Numbered from the whole stretch's first letter, positions 1-14,018 are shown. The stretch: DNA of 63,606 nucleotides, filler included, from Nemertoderma westbladi (GCA_032718475.1; 3 parts of 3 records of this genome joined end to end with filler, not necessarily neighbours in it); one strand, 5' to 3'. Translations and numbers: made by a program. Notes: generated by a model not told the origin, from the letters alone.

Positions 1-78
1 ATATATTTCAGTAAATATCCTCAAAATTTTAATTCCTATTTTTTGTTAGTTTTTTTCATACTCTTAATAATATTTCTA

Positions 79-918
79 GGATAGTTATAAAACCCGAAAA
101 TAACGAAAAAGGCGAATTTATCAGCGAAAATATCGAAATTATAAAACAATCTACAAAATCTCGCTTTCCAGTACGATAGGTATTATTGGAAGTCACACTT
201 TACATTTTTTAATTAATAAAATCCGATAACTTCGCCCCATTTTTGACCTTAAAGTAATTTAATACCAAATTTTTTTTTTGCTGTCTGCTGGTTGGTTGTC
301 GGGTGTTGACCAATAATGGCGGCTTGGATGAATCAACTCAGCATCAGCAGATCAGTATAGGGGCCTACTGGTTTGTTACTGTACAAGCATGGTACGGTAC
401 AGCCCGAAGCGGCAAAGTTGAAAGAAGCGGTCCGGTACCCTAACCCAACACTGCAACAATGTAATTTCCATATAAATTTTTGCATTACGGCATACGGTAC
501 ACTTAACGCTACCTAGCCTAGGTGTGCACTGTAGGCCTACAGTGACTGTCAGACAAGGGTGCGGCGGATGTGAACATGTGAACGTAACTACAGAATTGCA
601 GTCCAGCAGTCGCAATATGCAAGAACTGCAGTAGGCCTACATTCTGACTTCTGTCCTAATTTGAGCGCCATCTTGTGGTGTTTTGCAATCATTGGATCAC
701 CCCCAACAACCAATCAGCAGAGCCAGTATTTGGTATTAAATTACTTTTAGGGTCGAAAATGGGGCGAAATTATCGGATTTTCTTAATCAAAAAATGTAAA
801 GATGGCTTCTAATAATACCTATCTCACTGGAAAGTGAGACTTTATTTATAGTTTTATAATTTCGATAATTTCGTTAATAATTTCATCTTTTTCGTTTTTT
901 TGGGTTTTATAACTATCC
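79..918. mobile_element. Degenerate foldback/MITE with ~240-bp inverted arms
   Basis: ~79-320 (ggatagttataaaaccc...taatttaataccaaat...gctggttggttgt) is the imperfect reverse complement of ~690-918 (...atttggtattaaattac...gggttttataactatcc). No TSD identified. Confidence 0.75.
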
Positions 919-1340
919 ATTTGTAGACCTGCCATTAACCCCTTCCTGGCTGGAGCGTTCTACAATCTCCCATATGCCGCGACCTAGGTCGTACGTACGT
1001 ACATGGTACGCTACTATTTATTAACGGTTTTCAATTCACTTCAATTGAACATCCGGCTTTGGGCCCTGGTGGCTTTAATTCGTAAAATGGTCAGACGTAC
1101 AGTATATGAGAATATAGAAAGATATAAGATGCATAATATACATAGTTATATATGCACTTGAGGTAAGGATACAATATAACATAAGGTAGATGATATATTT
1201 TGTCAAAGTCTTGATCAGAAAAATGACACCCTACCCATAAAATGGTCGGGTGAGGATAGCATATATAAAATGGTTAGCGCATAAATAGTCGGGCATAAAA
1301 TGGTCGGGCATAGAATATAAAATTTGTTCACATTAATATG

Positions 1341-1950
1341 ACACGTTCGTGGGGACTTCGCGCAGCACGTAGTCGGCAAGCCTTGGCATACGGTTCATAT
1401 AGAGCAAATGGGGCATGTCTAGTTTGGACCCCATATCCCATGCTATAAATGTATTCATTCGATATACAATCATATGTTAATCCGCTAGGTGGTGTCAAAT
1501 TGTTATTCTGCAATTTCGTACTTACCAGTGCAGCACTGTACAGCAGTACCGTACCGGTAGGCCTATGTCATTACTTCTGAGTCTCTAGCGGATCCCCAAT
1601 TAAATGTCTTAACTTTTCAATTTCGTAAAAGATAGACTTCATGATTCTCTACAGGCCACCAAAATTTCAGCTCAGAAAAATGAGGCCTTCCCGAGAAATT
1701 TAACATTTTCTAAAAACCACATAATCTGTCGTAGCTGACGTCAGACTGCATGATTTTTCACCAAACTTTACAAACTTTCTAAACTTTCTCTCTACTACTT
1801 ACCTACAAAGTTTGGTTCAATTCCGAACCAGCGATGCCGAGAAATTCGCGTTCAAACATTTACCAGACAGACAGACAGACGGACATGCCCCATTTGCCCT
1901 ATATGAACCGTATGCCAAGGCTCGCCGACTACGTGTCTCGCCCCACACCC
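1341..1950. mobile_element. Helentron-associated (HINE/DINE-1-like) non-autonomous element
   Basis: Subterminal inverted repeat cgtagtcggcaagccttggcatacggttcatatag..ggggcatgtc (~1367-1419) versus gacatgcccc...tatgaaccgtatgccaaggctcgccgactacg (~1882-1933), with a (CAGA)n microsatellite at 1864-1880. Related ends occur at ~3903 and 50401-50685. Confidence 0.55.
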
Positions 1951-2029
1951 AATAATTATAAAAAAATACAAACATTAGATAGTAGACTCTTTTACTATTA
2001 ATTTCACTGAATATTATAGTGGTGAAAGT

Positions 2030-2640
2030 TCCTCAAGTGCTTTCTGACCATGCTTTTAATACCGTACCGTATTGATGGACACTAATGCTACGAAGTGAGG
2101 GGAAACCAGATACACCATATAGAATTGATGGTGTACAGATTGTTTGCCATACGAGAGAGGTGATGACGAGGGATTTTACAGCCAGGCCACGAGTTTTCAT
2201 TCTCGATGCATTGGTCCAGATCCTCTTAGAGTAGTGATCAAGGATGTTTCGCCGTGTAGCAGGCAATGGAATTCCAAGAAACTTGGAGCCGTTTGGATTA
2301 CATGTAACAAAGCGTGATTTCTTTAAACTTAGTATTAAGTTGTGTTCTTAAAAGTAATCAATACATTGCTCAAACATATATTCTAGGTCCGATTTTAGGT
2401 TGGCTATGAGTAGGATATAATCTGCACTAGTTTAGTGCGGAAAGAACTAAGAGCGTTTAGTTGAAAAGAAGTGGTGATAAGATACCACCTTGTCGCACAC
2501 CGCATTTTAGAGAGAAAGGGTTTCAAAATGACATGATTGTGTACCTTAAGAATTGCTTTGGATTTTGAATAGTTATGAGTATAGAGATTCCAGTGTAGTC
2601 TGTAGATCGACCAAGAGACGTATGTTCAAGCGTGTTAAAT
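2030..2640 (-). pseudogene. Degraded non-LTR retrotransposon reverse transcriptase fragment
   Basis: The minus strand at ~2460-2505 translates CGVRQGGILSPLLFN (RT motif), followed by a decayed ADxILLIA. Many stops and frameshifts. Confidence 0.7.
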
Positions 2641-3902
2641 AATTTCTGATAGCTTACAGTGCAAAGGCACTTGTCAGCTCCAGGTTTTATGGGTGCACTA
2701 CAGTTCTAGGTCTAATCTGCCTGGTTATCTAATCTGTAATACATTAGGCCTACATCGCGCTTAAATGGTAATTTTACATAAGCCTAAAATTATATTGAAC
2801 TGCCTGGAGGTAATAATAAAGCAAGTAGGCCTGCTGTTGGAGCCACGATGAACTAGGGCTTAGCTAAGGCTACAAACAAATGATACAAACAAATTTGCTA
2901 TCGTCGAGCCTACTCTTCTGTTTTACTTCAGTATCATGCACTATACTGTACAGTATGGTGGCCTCTATTTGTTTTTCTACTCCATTTGGGGGTATTCGTA
3001 CATTGCCAGTGGCAGAGCAATGTTTTTTGCGCCCTTAATTTTTATGCTGGGGCCAATTTTGAGAATGGAAAAGGAAACACTTTGTTTGAAACTTTGTTAC
3101 GATAGGTACGTATCGCAACATTGGAATGCTGGAATGGCGTATTAAAGCCCGCGCAGCCGTATGTTGGAGGCCTATTATTAATTATATCTATAATCCATGC
3201 CGTAACCCAAACACCCCCCCCCCCCCCCCACTCTTAGTATTTTGGTTAGGGTTAGTTGCATTGTCATTCATCTTTAAGTTCAAATTATATCTATACATAC
3301 ATATATCTATATCATATTATATATCACTTTACAATTTTTTGAAGCAATAAGTCTGAGACATAAACTGCTGCAGGTTTTCCAAACTGCTTTTTTTTACTGA
3401 ACCGATAATTGGTTTTTCTAAGAAACATAAGCATTACAATATTTTAGTTCATTTTCTGGATGTACAGTGCTAAAGTACAGTATGCACAAAAAGTCGTACG
3501 AATGTCCCGCACTTTACATGGAATGGGCCTGCACCCAAAATAATGGTCCCCAATAAAACAGCCTACATTAGAGTCCCCAATCTTACAATTAGTATATTAA
3601 GTACAATACAAAACAAGGTCGGCGAAATTTCGGAACCTTATCTCACTCCATTCGTAACTATAAATTCTGCCGAGTTTACACAAGACCAACGCACAATACA
3701 ACACATGTTTGATTCCGGTAAATGACAAATAAGCAACTGAAAAATAATATATGAAAGTCCTTCTTAATTAATTCTAGAAACAAATGTTTCCATTGTACAA
3801 GATCAAATGCCTTAATGAAATCTTACAGTATTAAACAACTATAAACGGACGAACCATGACGCATAAAATAATTCACTACCTCGGTAACCTTATAAGTATA
3901 GT

Positions 3903-3962
3903 ACACGTTCGTGGGGTCTTCGCGCAGCACGAAGTGAGCAAAGCCTTTAGCATATGGGCACC
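3903..3962. mobile_element. Terminal fragment of the same HINE-like family as 1341-1950
   Basis: acacgttcgtggggtcttcgcgcagcacg is near-identical to 1341-1369 and 50401-50428. Confidence 0.55.
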
Positions 3963-4627
3963 ATTAACTATCAAAATTTTCCGAAGAACCATCCTGGTTA
4001 TAAATAACCTTGTAAACCTGGGAAAACTCAACTGCTATACACTGTGGTTCGGTTTTTACACAGTTACTAACAGTGTTAGTGCTTCCGCGTAAATTGCGAA
4101 TAAGTTAAAAAATATCAGTGCTACCAGAAACTGAAGCACGGAGTAAATTCTCCCGTTTCACCCGCTCAGCCGATATTTGTACTGAGCACGTGTGGATTGT
4201 TTTATATGAAATAAATTCCGCTGACTACCATTGGGCCGAACAGCAGCACACAATACACCATGCCAAAAAATCTGCATCCACTTAATAGGTTTTGACATAA
4301 GCATTCCAACCTGGTATATTTCTACTTCCATTATTAACCCCTGCAGAACCGCCACTCTGTGGAAGATCCTTAGCTGCGGTTTCAATCGCATTTTTATATA
4401 ATACTCAACGAAAAACGCTCCATATCAATTCTATGTTCTAAGTTAGTACAAAATATATCCCTACAATCAATGCACGAATTCTCTAAATTAATTTCCATTA
4501 AACTTTCATTTAATTTGCTTTTGCTTCATTTGCTTTCGCAATATTTGACCTAATAGGAAAAACTGGAGGCAGCACACTACGGCTTGCAGGCCCAATATAA
4601 AATTGGGCATTTTTTATATAGGGGAAT

Positions 4628-5580
4628 TATAGAGGTAAAAGTGTCCGAGTCTGTACTCAGAATCTCCATTCTGAAGTAAATGCTGCTGCAAAGAGCATTA
4701 AGACCAATTGTGCCAGTGGAGTAGGTGGTGTACTGAGCTCTTTAAAATACCAGTGTTTGGAACTCATTTACCACATCATAATAGATATGTAAGAAGAACG
4801 ATGAGAGTCCCCAAAGAAATGAAAACAAGTAAGATGGTGCCAGTTAAAAATAAAGGCAACCTAAAGCTCTAATGACCTTTTCGGGGAATCTCATTCATCT
4901 CGATTGCCGTAAAGCTATTAAATTCTATATTCGGAATTCTATTAAATCGCATCAGGGATCACATTGAGAGACTGCTCCGTGGAAATCAGAATGGGTTCCG
5001 TAAAGGTCGTGGGACCATGGAGCCCATTTTGGCACTTAGAAGGATAATTGAAGAGTTATTAAAAAAAAGAAAGACATGCATCTGGCTTGTTATCTTTGTT
5101 GACTTCTTCAAGGCCTTTGATTCAGTCTCTCGCTCACGTATGTTCAGCATACTTTCATTATATGGGATTCCTGATGAAATTATTGCAGCAATCAGATCAG
5201 TATACGATGGTTCGACAACATTTGTGTCTACTGTTGATGGTGACACAGATCCATTCGAACTGCTATGGAGAGTCCTCCAGGGAGATACACTTGCGCCATA
5301 ATTGTTCTTGTTCATAATTGTGGTTGACTATGTTCTACGCATGTCCTTAGATCATCATAATGATGATGGGGTGATGGTAACTCCACCTAATGGCCCCAGA
5401 AGTCGAGGAAATCCTGCCAAGTACCTAACTGATCTAGACTTTGCTGATGTCTTAGGAGTACTCTAATAATCACTAGAGGGAGCCCAACGGCTCCTCATCT
5501 CATTAGAACAGGCTGCTTGTAGTCTTCTAGTGCTTCTAGTCTCTTTTTATTAACTCCAAAAAGACCAAATTTTGACAGTT
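4628..5580 (+). mobile_element. RTE-clade LINE fragment (RT core), decayed
   Basis: NQNGFRKGRGTMEPILALRRIIE...FVDFFKAFDSV...VLQGDTLAP, then DLDFADV downstream. DNA is closely similar to the minus-strand element at 44455-44935. Confidence 0.9.
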
Positions 5581-6113
5581 AACTTTAAAAGTCCTCAGCA
5601 ATGTTTAACCGTAAACTGTATCCCGAGTACTTGTAAAAAGTGTCATCATTATGAAACCCACAAACTTCACCTATCGTGTCACCCTTCTATTGTGCTCTAG
5701 AAAATAGTTGTGCAGTTTAAATGATTGAAATAACTGATATGTCCATGCCAATCGAACTAAACTTTATTTACAATCTGTGGGGCGGGTACGACGCGTATGG
5801 TTCGTGTGTCTTGATCCACTCCTAACCGACAGGAACGAGACAGTGAAGTCAGAAAGGGGAAGAGATGTATCATCGCAAAATACCATCACACTGTACAGTA
5901 TGTATAAAATCTATAGCCTACCGTATATTGTTTACAACTAACTAAAATTAATAACAGTTATTATTTTCTATACCGTTAGTGTTTTATTTTAATGTCCTAT
6001 ATTTTATTTTATGTACTGCCCTACAGTTTCGACATGGTGCGAAATTAACCGAATCTAAGTTTCAATAACAATTATTGAAGACCATATTGCCCCATAGATA
6101 ATTATTCAATAAA

Positions 6114-7262
6114 TTAGTGGTTAGTTTTCGGCCTCCTAAACTTTATAGGCCTATAATGTTTCGCTTTCTGTTCCTTAAGCAAGTGATTCGCTTTATTAGC
6201 AACGAACTTTGGCATTAATTTCTTTCTTTCAGCATCGGAACAAGTCGGCGGTGTACCAGTCTCGTTGTCATAATACACCGATCGCAACATTTCACCCAAC
6301 GCCGAATCGACGCAGTGAAGGTTATCTGGGGTTATTTCCTCATTTATCCAGTAGTACCGCAACCAAATATGAGTGGCGTATTTATTTGTAAACCAGTCGT
6401 AGTTAGTATAAAACTGCAAACCGGTTTGTAAGTAATCAGGATATATTAGATAGTTATCCACAATGTTTGCTAGGTGTGGGTATTTAGCCGAAAGCTTTCC
6501 AGGGAACTCGCAGCATACACAAGCCCAGCACCCTGGGTTGTAGTGTACGAAGTCCTCGAAAATCATTTTGAGGAACTTTGAATCTTTTTTAGCGAGAACG
6601 ATTCCGCTGTACAAGCGGTCAACGTTGGGTTGTTCTCTGTTTGCTGTGTAATCGTGGCGACGTAGACTTGCGAATGGTCGGATACCGAATGCGTCCCCGT
6701 CCATGTATACGCCGCCATATTCCAATAGAATACGGAAACGTAAGACGTCGGTCTGATGCGACACACGGAAATGTTTATTTCGGGAGATACTGATATTGAA
6801 CACCGTTTCCGGGGCTACAATTTCCTTCACCACCAATATGGGAATTAATTGTTTAGCTTTAAGGAACCATGGTTCTGATTCACCATCACTTCCGTTGAAT
6901 TCCAGCCCCATATTAGTGTGAAAGTAAATCACATCAGGTTGGATATTCCTATACACAGAGAGAAGGCACACGTAATGGACGAATTGGAATCTCTCACGGA
7001 ATAGCCAAATATGATGCACTATATTGGGGACTAGTGACAAAGTCTGTTTTTTCGCGGTAGGTCTACTAGTTTCGTTTGGAGGTTGATCCCAATTCGTGTT
7101 TAGAGGATAATCATCCAAATAAATCGTTCTATTCCGGAAGACATTGTTAATATTCAGGAAGAGACTCATGTATGATGGCTTTGTGTAAATCCAATAATAA
7201 TTGAAGTAAAATACAACAATTATTATAATTAATCCAGTTATTAATTTTCTTATCGAAGTCAT
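6114..7262 (-). CDS. Glycosyltransferase family 32 (alpha-1,4-GlcNAc/Gal transferase-like) type II membrane protein, intronless
   Basis: 382-aa ORF with an N-terminal signal-anchor (LITGLIIIIVVFYF), a VPNIVHHIW motif and SHQTDVLRFRILLEYGGVYMDGD (DxD motif). Confidence 0.85.
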   Translation of the reverse strand: MTSIRKLITGLIIIIVVFYFNYYWIYTKPSYMSLFLNINNVFRNRTIYLDDYPLNTNWDQPPNETSRPTAKKQTLSLVPNIVHHIWLFRERFQFVHYVCLLSVYRNIQPDVIYFHTNMGLEFNGSDGESEPWFLKAKQLIPILVVKEIVAPETVFNISISRNKHFRVSHQTDVLRFRILLEYGGVYMDGDAFGIRPFASLRRHDYTANREQPNVDRLYSGIVLAKKDSKFLKMIFEDFVHYNPGCWACVCCEFPGKLSAKYPHLANIVDNYLIYPDYLQTGLQFYTNYDWFTNKYATHIWLRYYWINEEITPDNLHCVDSALGEMLRSVYYDNETGTPPTCSDAERKKLMPKFVANKANHLLKEQKAKHYRPIKFRRPKTNH

Positions 7263-9026
7263 GATTAATAATTATACTGTATATTCCATATACTGTAATA
7301 AATAGAAGGAATTCGCTAGTATTGTAATAGAGATCCAAACTGTAATCTTATTTATTATCTTGTAATAATAATAACGTTATATATCAAATCAAATATCTCC
7401 AGCCTCATCCATTCTGTTCATACTGTATTAAGCGAGGGGTGCTATATTTCCAGAACCGTCTATATCCACATGGATGTAGGCAATTAAAGAAAAATAAACC
7501 ATCTACAGTATACAGTAGGCCTTCTACCCAAGCACTTAATGCTACAATTTGCCAGTCAACAGGAACTGAAAACAGGATGGAGTCTGCTTAATTATTAAAA
7601 AACTGAATAATTATTAAATATAATTGCACAAATATTGCCCGCATGAAATTAGGAAAACAAGTTGGGTGAAGTCGATGTCTCAACGAAAGATATTTTATGG
7701 GTGATATTGTGGATGTAGTAGCCTGATCCTGATCTGATCACAATTTAGCCAATGACTCTGTCTCCTGCCCTCTCAAGACCTTTGATGCTTGTTCGATTCC
7801 CGATGATATACCTTCAATCAATTCCTTTTTTGAGTGTTCCACTATATTTCCATAGATCACAGAGGAAGACACCGAAATACCATTTTAAGTGGCATGAATT
7901 GTGGCCTAATCTTCGCCTTTGTCGCCTGGGCCTTGATTTTCCTGATTACGTGGGTTTTATGTCCGAAATATCAGATGATGCCCAAAAATTACTGATAAAT
8001 CAACAGTAGAAGAGCCAGCATCTGTACACGTTAGCATTTTAAATGCTTCAAAGACCAAAATCACAGTATAATTCTACATTATTTATGGATTCCATTCCCC
8101 AGGTCATAGACAGTTAGTGTTCTGAGTCCTCGTTTGTAAAGTAGACGAGTTCTGCTATCACTGTGTTGGGAAGACCTCAATATGAAAGGGGTCGACATGG
8201 CTGTAGGCCTATTATAAATAAACTATCAAGGGTGTCTCAAGGCTGCATGCACTGTATAAAGGTAGATGACCCACATTTGTCAAGGTAGATGAGTCGGAAA
8301 TCTACAAGGTTGATCACCAACTACAGTATGTCGGCGTTGATTTTCAGCGGCTGTCGGCGTCGGGTCGGTAATAAGCCTAGCGCGGGGTTTGTCAATCTAC
8401 TGTAGCTATGGTGATGATAACAGCATAATAATCAACATTCTTGACGATATTCTGTAAATTAACAGCAGGCCTAGGCCTACATAGTTGTTGCCTTGCAACA
8501 TAAATACTTCAATGCCCTATCGATGGAAGATTTTTGTACGACGAGTGACTTTTCGATAATTCTAACCTAAAATGAAGACTTAGAAAATAAAATTTTATAT
8601 CGTCACAAATTGCGTTTCTCATCCTTTGCTTCATAGAAATTCAACTTTTTTTTATGTAATTAATAAATAACAATCATCATTAATTAATATATTACCTTAT
8701 CTGGGGTATTGTAGGCCTACTGTATGAACCGAATTAAAGAATGGGCCGGGACAGAAATGAGAAGGATTGGACTTCCCTGACTCGAAATTGAACTTAATTC
8801 ATTTAATAATTGGTTTAATATTTTTTATTATATAGGCCTATTTATCGTACTCACCAAAAATTGTAATATTGAATTTTATTATTAACTTAAATCTTCGACA
8901 TTGTAAAAGTATTTGATTTACGATTAATGTTGTGAAATTAACAAATTATTTTATTTGTAAAACTGTGGAAAAATCCCAGCAAAACCATCGGCAACAACGT
9001 AGGACTATACATTGTATACTGTAGGT

Positions 9027-10173
9027 GGTATACAGACGTTTCGGCCTAGGACGTTTCGGCCCAGGACGTTTCGGCCCGGATGATTCGGCCCGGACGATTC
9101 GGCCCGGACGTTTTGGCCCGGACGATTCGCCCTGGACTTTTCAGTGTGGAAGTTTCGGCTCATGGTTGACAATGAATGAAAAGACCAGGTACTTTAATCA
9201 CAATAATTATTCATTAAAATTATAATTATAATTTTCACATTAAGCTACTGTATAACACAATAACATACGTTTATTTCATAATTAATAGAAATTCAAACAC
9301 AATCAATATTATTCACAATTATAAAAATAACAGTATACAGTATAACCAATAAGATGTAATTATTTTTATTCAGGAATAAAATTTTTATCTGCCAGAAACC
9401 CAATGGCTTCCATGAAGTTTGGTATGGAACGAGCGCCGGTTGCCCTTTGCTGAGTGATCGTTCGCAAACGCTTATGTAAAGCTTCTATCAGTCTATCTTA
9501 ACAAACTTCCTAATAGGTGGAGCAGTTCCCACCGATAACTGTGCCAGTAACGTTTCGACTTCAGCTTGCTTGGCTTGTAGTGAATTCAGCAATTCAGAGA
9601 ATGTGAAATTAAGTTTGGCTGGTTTCCTCTTAGTAAGGAGAGGTGATGATGATGACATATTGAAAATAGTTGAAGAGCATAAAAATTGAAGTTAAATAAA
9701 ATAATTCAAAATAAAATATAAAATAATTGATTTAAAATTGCAACAATTCAGTATCTTTCTATTGGAGGTTAATTAAAATAATCCATTAACTAAAAAAAGT
9801 GATAGCGATTCTACAAGTTGTGACAACAACAGCAGCAACAACAGCAACAACAACGACAGCTATTAACAACAACATTAATAACATACAGGCCCATTTCTCC
9901 AACAGATACTATATTGCGCAGTATAATAGAGATTGGGGATCAAACAGTTTAATTAATTAAAATAATGAATGTCTGAGTTGAGTGTGAATGACCTACTGTA
10001 CATATTGCAAAGTGTAATAATTAATTAATGCAAGAATGCAAAACTCAATTTGATTTATTTCTGGGATTGATTGACTTTTTGGGCCAAAACGTCCGACAAG
10101 CAAATTGGATGTTCCAGTCATTGGGCCGAAACGTCCTAGGCCAAAACGTCTTAGACCGAAACGTCTGTTACCC
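9027..10173 (-). mobile_element. Mutator-like (MULE) deletion derivative with a C-terminal transposase remnant
   Basis: TIRs ggtatacagacgtttcgg / ccgaaacgtctgttaccc. 9-bp TSD actgtaggt (9018-9026, 10174-10182). Subterminal ~13-15-bp ggacgtttcggccc repeats. Minus-strand remnant ...LNSLQAKQAEVETLLAQLSVGTAPPIRK / LHKRLRTITQQRATGARSIPNFMEAIGF. Confidence 0.85.
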
Positions 10174-11452
10174 ACTGTAGGTACATAGTACTACTGTAGT
10201 ACCAAAGTGTGACTTACGTAAAATACAGTAGGTCTATATTTGCTTCTTCTAATGTTACCAACCAGTTTATGCAAGGGGGAATAACAATTTATCAAAACTG
10301 TTTGCTGTATCGATTTTTGCAATTAAATTGTACTGTACATGATGTAACAGAGTTTATTTTGGAATCAATAATACAGTAGTTATGCCGCTATTTCTTTAAT
10401 CCCTACATTAGGTTGGTGTTGGATTTACTGTACTTACTCTACTACACTACATTAGGAATACCGAATAACAATAAACCGTGTGACGTAAAAAATATTGTCT
10501 AAATCTGAGATACTATTCCTCCCCAACCCAGCCCGACCCCATCAATTTTTCTAAAAATGTTAATGAAGCCATATTATAATTAGCACTTGGAGCGGGTGAG
10601 TTAACACACATATTTTCGTAATTAGTAATAAAAACTTAATTATTTAACTATGCGCACTTAATACAATTACTACTACTATGTCCAACGAGCTCGAACAATG
10701 GGAATTCGATTTTAATATTTATTCCATTTCAAGGAACAACGATATCATGTAATTACTGTAGCTATTAATTGTTTTCGAATTGTATTTTTGAATGAAGGTT
10801 TCAGTGATATTTCTTCAATTATTTAATCGAATCTCTAATATTATTAATAGTATTAAGATAAATTTTAATTCTAAATTATTCTAAATTCATATTTTTCATT
10901 ACAATAATATCATAATAATTATAATTTCAATTAAACCGGGATAGTTCTGAAAGAGGATAATTACCGAAAGCCAACGAAATCTACAGAAAATATTGCGCAA
11001 GATAAATTCACTGATACGCGGCACATTTCACAAATCATTCATAAACAAAAAAGATATGGACTCTATTTCAAATAATTGCCGTTTAATTTCAAATAAACCT
11101 TCGCTAAATTTACATTCACTGATACAGTAGAGCAGTAAGGTGTACTACAGTTTAACAGTGCTATGCTACTGTACTGCAGTGGTAGCAGTATCATCATCAG
11201 CCCATTTTAACATATTACCTTAATTTCGCGAATATTTAATTTCGATATTCACCATTTAAGGTACCTTTTAAAGGAAAGTAGCAGGTTATAATGGCAGGCG
11301 TTTCTAACCAAAACAATAAACTAAATTTAGGAACACAGTTTACAGTAAAATTCTTACTTCTAGGCACTAATTTTTCAATATTAATCGATTCGGAGAGCCG
11401 TTTGAAGGTAAATATAATATTTTATACATTACTATATTTAATACTATTATTA

Positions 11453-11749
11453 TTATTTTTTACTCCGTAAATGAAGGGTAATTAAAGTTGTTCCACCATT
11501 AAATAATAATAATTCTCCCTTTTCGTTACGTATTTCAATATGTAACTGATTGATATAAGTTTTCGCTACTTTCTTATAATATATTTTCTTAAATTCTCTA
11601 GTAATATAACGTGAATGCTCTAATGCAATAGGTAGGGTTCTTAGTAAAGGAGCGGTTGTATTACCAATTATACCATAGGTAACTAATTCGCTATAAATAA
11701 ACAGATTTTCTCTACCTCTGGTTAAATTGCAGGGAAAAGGACAAATCAA
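11453..11749 (-). pseudogene. Polinton/Maverick (adintovirus) minor capsid (penton) C-terminal fragment
   Basis: LFIYSELV..IIGNTTAPLLRTLP...EFKKIYYKKVAKTYINQLHIEIRNEKGELLLFNGGTTLITLHLR matches the recalled Polinton penton pattern YxDIVxxxxVGDxxAPLLRxV...YxPVx...IEIDIRDDxGxxIPFxxGxVxxTLHFR. The N-terminus is missing. Confidence 0.75.
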
Positions 11750-11789
11750 GTTTATGAACCCTCTACGTCTTTCATGTTTTTGCAGTAAT

Positions 11790-12120
11790 TACAGTATGAA
11801 TATGTAATAATATATTTGTATATAATATATTACATAATAATGAAAATATATTATAATAATATAATATAATATAATAATAATAATATAATAAATAATATAT
11901 TATATATATTATATTTATTAAATATATTATTTATAAATTATTTTTTATTATATATTATTATATTATATTATTTATATTATACAGTATAATAATAATATAA
12001 TATAGTAATATGATATATTATAATATATTATAATATAATATATTTAATAAACTATAATGTAATAATAACTATAATAACAATAATTTTATCATTTATTTGT
12101 GTAATAATGATTATAGTAAT
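11790..12120. repeat. Nearly pure A/T low-complexity tract
   Basis: Degenerate (TAA)n/(TA)n sequence. Confidence 0.9.
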
Positions 12121-12672
12121 GTTTCATATTGTGCTCAACTAGACCTCAAGGCCTCGTTGGCGGCTCCTTAACCAAATTTTCATATTAATTCTAATTGAAT
12201 ATACTGTAGTAAAATGTATAGCTTGGTCATTTTCTGACCCATCCGCTGTTAATGAATGTGACCCATCCGCTCAGGCTGGGTTGATATTAACCCTCTATGA
12301 GAATGCTGAAACGACACTCCAATTGGCTTTTTGCTCGGTTAAACTTTTCCACGATGTCCTACGTATCCACGTATCTATATTCTACATATTACGTTGAGCG
12401 ATTTAGCATTCGCGTAGGCGAATACTGTTTTCTGATTATCTAGATGATATACGAGAGAAATGTCATGCAAAATGCTTACGCCTAAGTTATATTATATTCG
12501 ACACGGACGGAGCCCATGGGATCGGTACTCAGTACAATATAATACAATACACAGCACAGTATAATAATGCTAAAAATTGGAAACAACTGGAAACACATTT
12601 TCGTAGTTGTGTTCTTTGCCAATGAGGAAGGAACTTACACACAAGAATATATCTTTAGATATATATCTTTTG

Positions 12673-12703
12673 AGATTACGCCTTATATAATAAGGCGTAA
12701 TCT
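12673..12703. repeat. Perfect 14-bp-stem hairpin
   Basis: agattacgccttat-ata-ataaggcgtaatct. Confidence 0.85.
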
Positions 12704-13593
12704 GATTTTATTCGGACGTCAAACTTTTAATAATTAATTAATTAATTAAATTATTGTGCGAACTTGTTAGATCTGGCAATTTTACCATTTCCATGGTATA
12801 ATAAATACTGTAACCAAGGAAATATATTATATCATATAATTATTATTATTATTATATAATAATGCACAAGTTGTTTATTAAATAGCCTAAATAATTAATC
12901 TATATTATATTACCTATCTAAAGTCACAAACGAAGTAAATACGAGATCGGTTAATACCAATCGGGTAAATCGGAGCCCCGCTTCGGAAATTGGACATATT
13001 GGACAGATTATTCGGGACTAATCAATGACTTACTATTGGCCGAACGGATATTTAACTACACAATGAGATACAGCGTGCTGCTAATAATTAATAGCCCATA
13101 TTTATTTTTAAGACCATAATAATTGAACACCCAATTATCTACCCATCTCTACCAATTATCAATAAGATTTCAAATTATTCCAGAGCCCACCAGCCCACGG
13201 ACGTTAACTATGTGCGGATGTGTGTGGGTTTCATCTATTAGAGTTCAGATTATAAATATTATTTACGTCAGAGGCTGGCAATACAAGGTACAGGAGTGTA
13301 ATCTTCCATCGACAACCATACCTCAATGTAATGAACTGAACACTAACACTACGCATACTTTAGGCTGAGTCTAGTCCATTCTAAACAACTTAATGATTGA
13401 CAGGATAGAGAAGAAGTGGACCAGCACAAGCATAGTCTGAGTCAGTCCACTTTCCAGACATCAAAGTTAGCGCCGATTTCCAAGTAAATTCCTAATGAAG
13501 TCCAAGTCAAATCCTAAGTGCCTCCAAGTCTGGAATTTGGGCTAAATTTCATTTCCAATTAAATCCTATCTCCTATAGTAGTGAATCAGTGAC

Positions 13594-13625
13594 TTGGATC
13601 CTAATAGGATCCTATTAGGATCCAA
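13594..13625. repeat. Perfect 32-bp palindrome
   Basis: ttggatcctaataggatcctattaggatccaa is its own reverse complement. Confidence 0.9.
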
Positions 13626-14018
13626 TACTACGTTATTTGAAAGCGGTACTGTAAAAAGTTTCACTTTTAAGTGGCTTCACTTGGGTTTTTTATCCATGTC
13701 GGCTCTTTTTGTTCCCATGAAAACAACATATATATTCTAGAGTGTCACTCGGACAAAAAAATTGACCAAATTTTCCTACCTTCAAATTGGCACCAAAATC
13801 CACACTTTTGCATGAGTTGTACAGTAAATGAAAAACGTGTAATTCGACTATGGCCGTTCCTACACTATGTCATATCTATCTATCATAATAGAAAAAAATT
13901 TAAAAAAAGGTGTTTCACAACAAATTACAATACTGAACGTTTCGTTATGACCAATCACCACCACACCCTATAACGCACAATAACATTAACCAAAACCACC
14001 CACCCACCTAACGTGCAT

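Noticed and set aside
935-960. piggyBac-like TTAACCC ends (also ~4334, ~15300, ~22545)
   Set aside because: Could not pair them into elements with matching TIRs.
5171-5200. CTGATGA hammerhead-like core (also ~17217 and several minus-strand hits)
   Set aside because: No supporting stems with a correctly placed GAAA were seen; this hit is RT coding sequence.
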